From: Amoebophrya sp. A120
Lineage: Eukaryota; Protista; Dinoflagellata
Direction of reading: 5' to 3'
Length of the DNA: 64,000 bases
Assembly (NCBI GenBank): GCA_905178155.1
Contig: CAJINV010000012.1
Location: 2,825,765 to 2,889,764 of the forward strand
This document shows positions 62,501-64,000 of the stretch, piece after piece. The notes beneath the pieces are model-generated. The model was given only the letters and a program-made list of their open reading frames with translations. It was not told the origin of the DNA and searched no databases. Within the stretch, counting starts at the first letter, position 1. Every line of letters begins with the position of its first letter. The position numbers were made by a program, and so were the translations under genes.

Positions 62501-64000
62501 GTGCTGCCAGAGTACCATGACAAGAGCAGTCTTCTTTGCCCAAACAGCATGACAGACTGGATTTTAGTGCTTCCGAAATTTGTCATGCGCCACTTGGAAA
62601 CTGAGGCTCCGACTGGTGTCGATTTTATGCATCACAGGTTTTTCGATTTTGTCAATTTCGATTCTGACACTCCCATAACAATGCGAGTAGATTTATGCCG
62701 TGGATCAACCCGGACAGGAATCCCTCCTGCTCCAACACCGTGCTGATGCACAAATGCTCTATTCAGGAACAAAAGTGTGTAAGTGTAACTTTCTTTGAGG
62801 AACAGCATCACAAATATGCTCTACATGACAGAGAAACCTTGTCATGCATGGTTTGTATAGGGAAAACACCCATGAAAAGAGGACTTGATGGCTGTCTGGC
62901 ATGACAGGTGTAACTCTGTTGCATCTTCTGCAGCACAAATTTACACTTACACAGTTTTTTTCTTGCATATGCTCCCCGAAGCACTTGTCCGCTTTCTCCG
63001 GCGCTTTGTTCCACAGAGAAGAAAACGCCGCGACGTAGCACATGTCCTCCTTCAACACCGGGCAGGCGAGGCAGTTGAAGGATTTGAGTAACAGCGTGAA
63101 GATCTGCGTCGCGAACTTAAATTTCTGCTTCTGGTTCCCGTTCTCATCCAGCAAAGCCATCTTCAAACCGCTCTTCGCAAGCTTCACCTGTTCCTCGTCG
63201 CCCATTTTTGTTTCGGAGGAAAAATCGCCGAGTAACTTTTTCACTTCCTCGTCCACGGCGAAAATGCTGGAGTCTAACAACTGCCCCACCGCGGAAATTT
63301 TCACGGGTCGATTCAACTCCAGTAACAGCCAGAACACGTTCAACCCGCACCCGGGCGTGGAATACCCGACTGTCCTCGCTTGCTGGATCTGCATGGTTAA
63401 CCGGGCGTCTAAGTTCTGGTGGAAGGGGATGTCCGAGTTGGACAAGGTGTCGATGAAGTGGTTTATCAGATACAAAAATGTCTGGGTCTGGAAACTTGTG
63501 ATGCTAAAAGTGAATCGTAGACGGACTGCAATACGCAGCTATGCATGACAAATTTTTTGGCTCCCATGTCTTACGTATTCCGCATGGCAAACTGCGTTTT
63601 TGCATGACAGGTAAGAGGGCCTTTTCGTGCTTATGCAACACAGATTCTCGAGTCATGCCAGGCAAGCATGACAAACTTGCATTCTTCTAGTAGACCCAGA
63701 CACTTTTGCATTTGATATGGTTCTCCTGCCCGCCCTCGTGAATCTGGTTCGCGCCCTTTGCGCGGTCGTCATTTCCCTTCAACATCTCGGCGAGCCAGTG
63801 AACGACCGCTTCCCGGCAGTCCTCGCCGGAACGCAGCTATCAACTGCAAAAGCATCGTACTTGTCCTAAAGTTGCAAACATGCATGACAAATCTTCTTCC
63901 TAAGGGAAAAGAGCATTGGAGATTCCTTTTCTACTAATGCTGAGGGAATTTGTGATGCTATTTCTACTAGTACGTTAGACTTTTGCACTTCATAGTAGCA
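59549..64000 (-). CDS. UFD2: Ubiquitin conjugation factor E4 / Ufd2 (U-box E3/E4 ligase), 3' part
   Basis: Ufd2 core motifs (FLKFLNLLMSDATVQLDE, LVGPKSMNLK, FHFKP) and C-terminal U-box [29 protein letters not shown]...DPFT...LKPAHELRKKI; stop TAG at 59549. Confidence 0.9.
59631..59897. mobile_element. Introner family A
   Basis: TIRs; TSD CCACC. Confidence 0.9.
60077..60188 (-). other. Canonical GT-AG intron in the Ufd2 U-box
   Basis: GTACGA...ATCAG; removal gives [12 protein letters not shown]. Confidence 0.85.
60413..60555 (-). other. Canonical GT-AG intron of Ufd2
   Basis: GTACAG...AACAG; join ERDK|VIHH. Confidence 0.8.
60695..60804 (-). other. Canonical GT-AG intron of Ufd2
   Basis: GTATTT...CACAG; join CMDR|LVGPK. 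Confidence 0.85.
60858..61007. mobile_element. Introner family F
   Basis: TIRs; TSD ACGGA. Confidence 0.9.
61027..61330. mobile_element. Introner family C
   Basis: TIRs; TSD CACGA. Confidence 0.9.
61504..61628 (-). other. Canonical GT-AG intron of Ufd2
   Basis: GTATAG...AAAAG; join TAAA|GVGVD. Confidence 0.8.
62372..62677. mobile_element. Introner family D (reverse of 17952)
   Basis: TIRs; TSD ACAGT/ACAAT. Confidence 0.9.
62760..62969. mobile_element. Introner family G
   Basis: TIRs; TSD TGCTC. Confidence 0.9.
63464..63717. mobile_element. Introner family A
   Basis: TIRs; TSD TGGTT. Confidence 0.9.
63838..63994. mobile_element. Introner family F (diverged)
   Basis: TIRs; TSD GCAGC/GTAGC. 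Confidence 0.8.

Noticed and set aside
66-63548. Many short ORFs sharing KCKNVWVWK, FQTQTFLHL, PDPDIFAFD or NSGVGTF peptides, resembling a protein family
   Set aside because: They are translations of the family A/B TIRs in different frames, not genes
67-63994. Repeat-spacer pattern suggestive of CRISPR or integron cassettes
   Set aside because: Repeats are inverted pairs with TSDs, the spacers are consecutive exons of eukaryotic genes, and no cas or integrase gene is present

Overview
Eukaryotic genomic DNA, most likely from the parasitic dinoflagellate Amoebophrya (Syndiniales). That assignment is an inference from intron architecture. All protein-coding genes lie on the minus strand and are broken up by about 94 short (mostly 140-320 bp) MITE-like insertions from about 12 sequence families. 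Nearly all have TAT...ATA ends, terminal inverted repeats (TIRs) and a 5-bp target-site duplication (TSD), and nearly all share an internal TGTNATGC/GCATNACA motif. Removing them restores open reading frames, although most lack GT-AG ends and they occur in both orientations, so they behave as non-canonical introner introns. After removal, about 2.2-46 kb reads as one giant gene (roughly 7,000 aa) encoding repeated discoidin/F5-8C-like modules followed by many transmembrane segments. Two hypothetical genes follow, then the 3' part of a Ufd2/UBE4 U-box ubiquitin ligase. Most short ORFs in the supplied track (e.g. KCKNVWVWK, FQTQTFLHL) are translations of the TIRs. No transposase is visible in the window. 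Coordinates and counts were read by hand.
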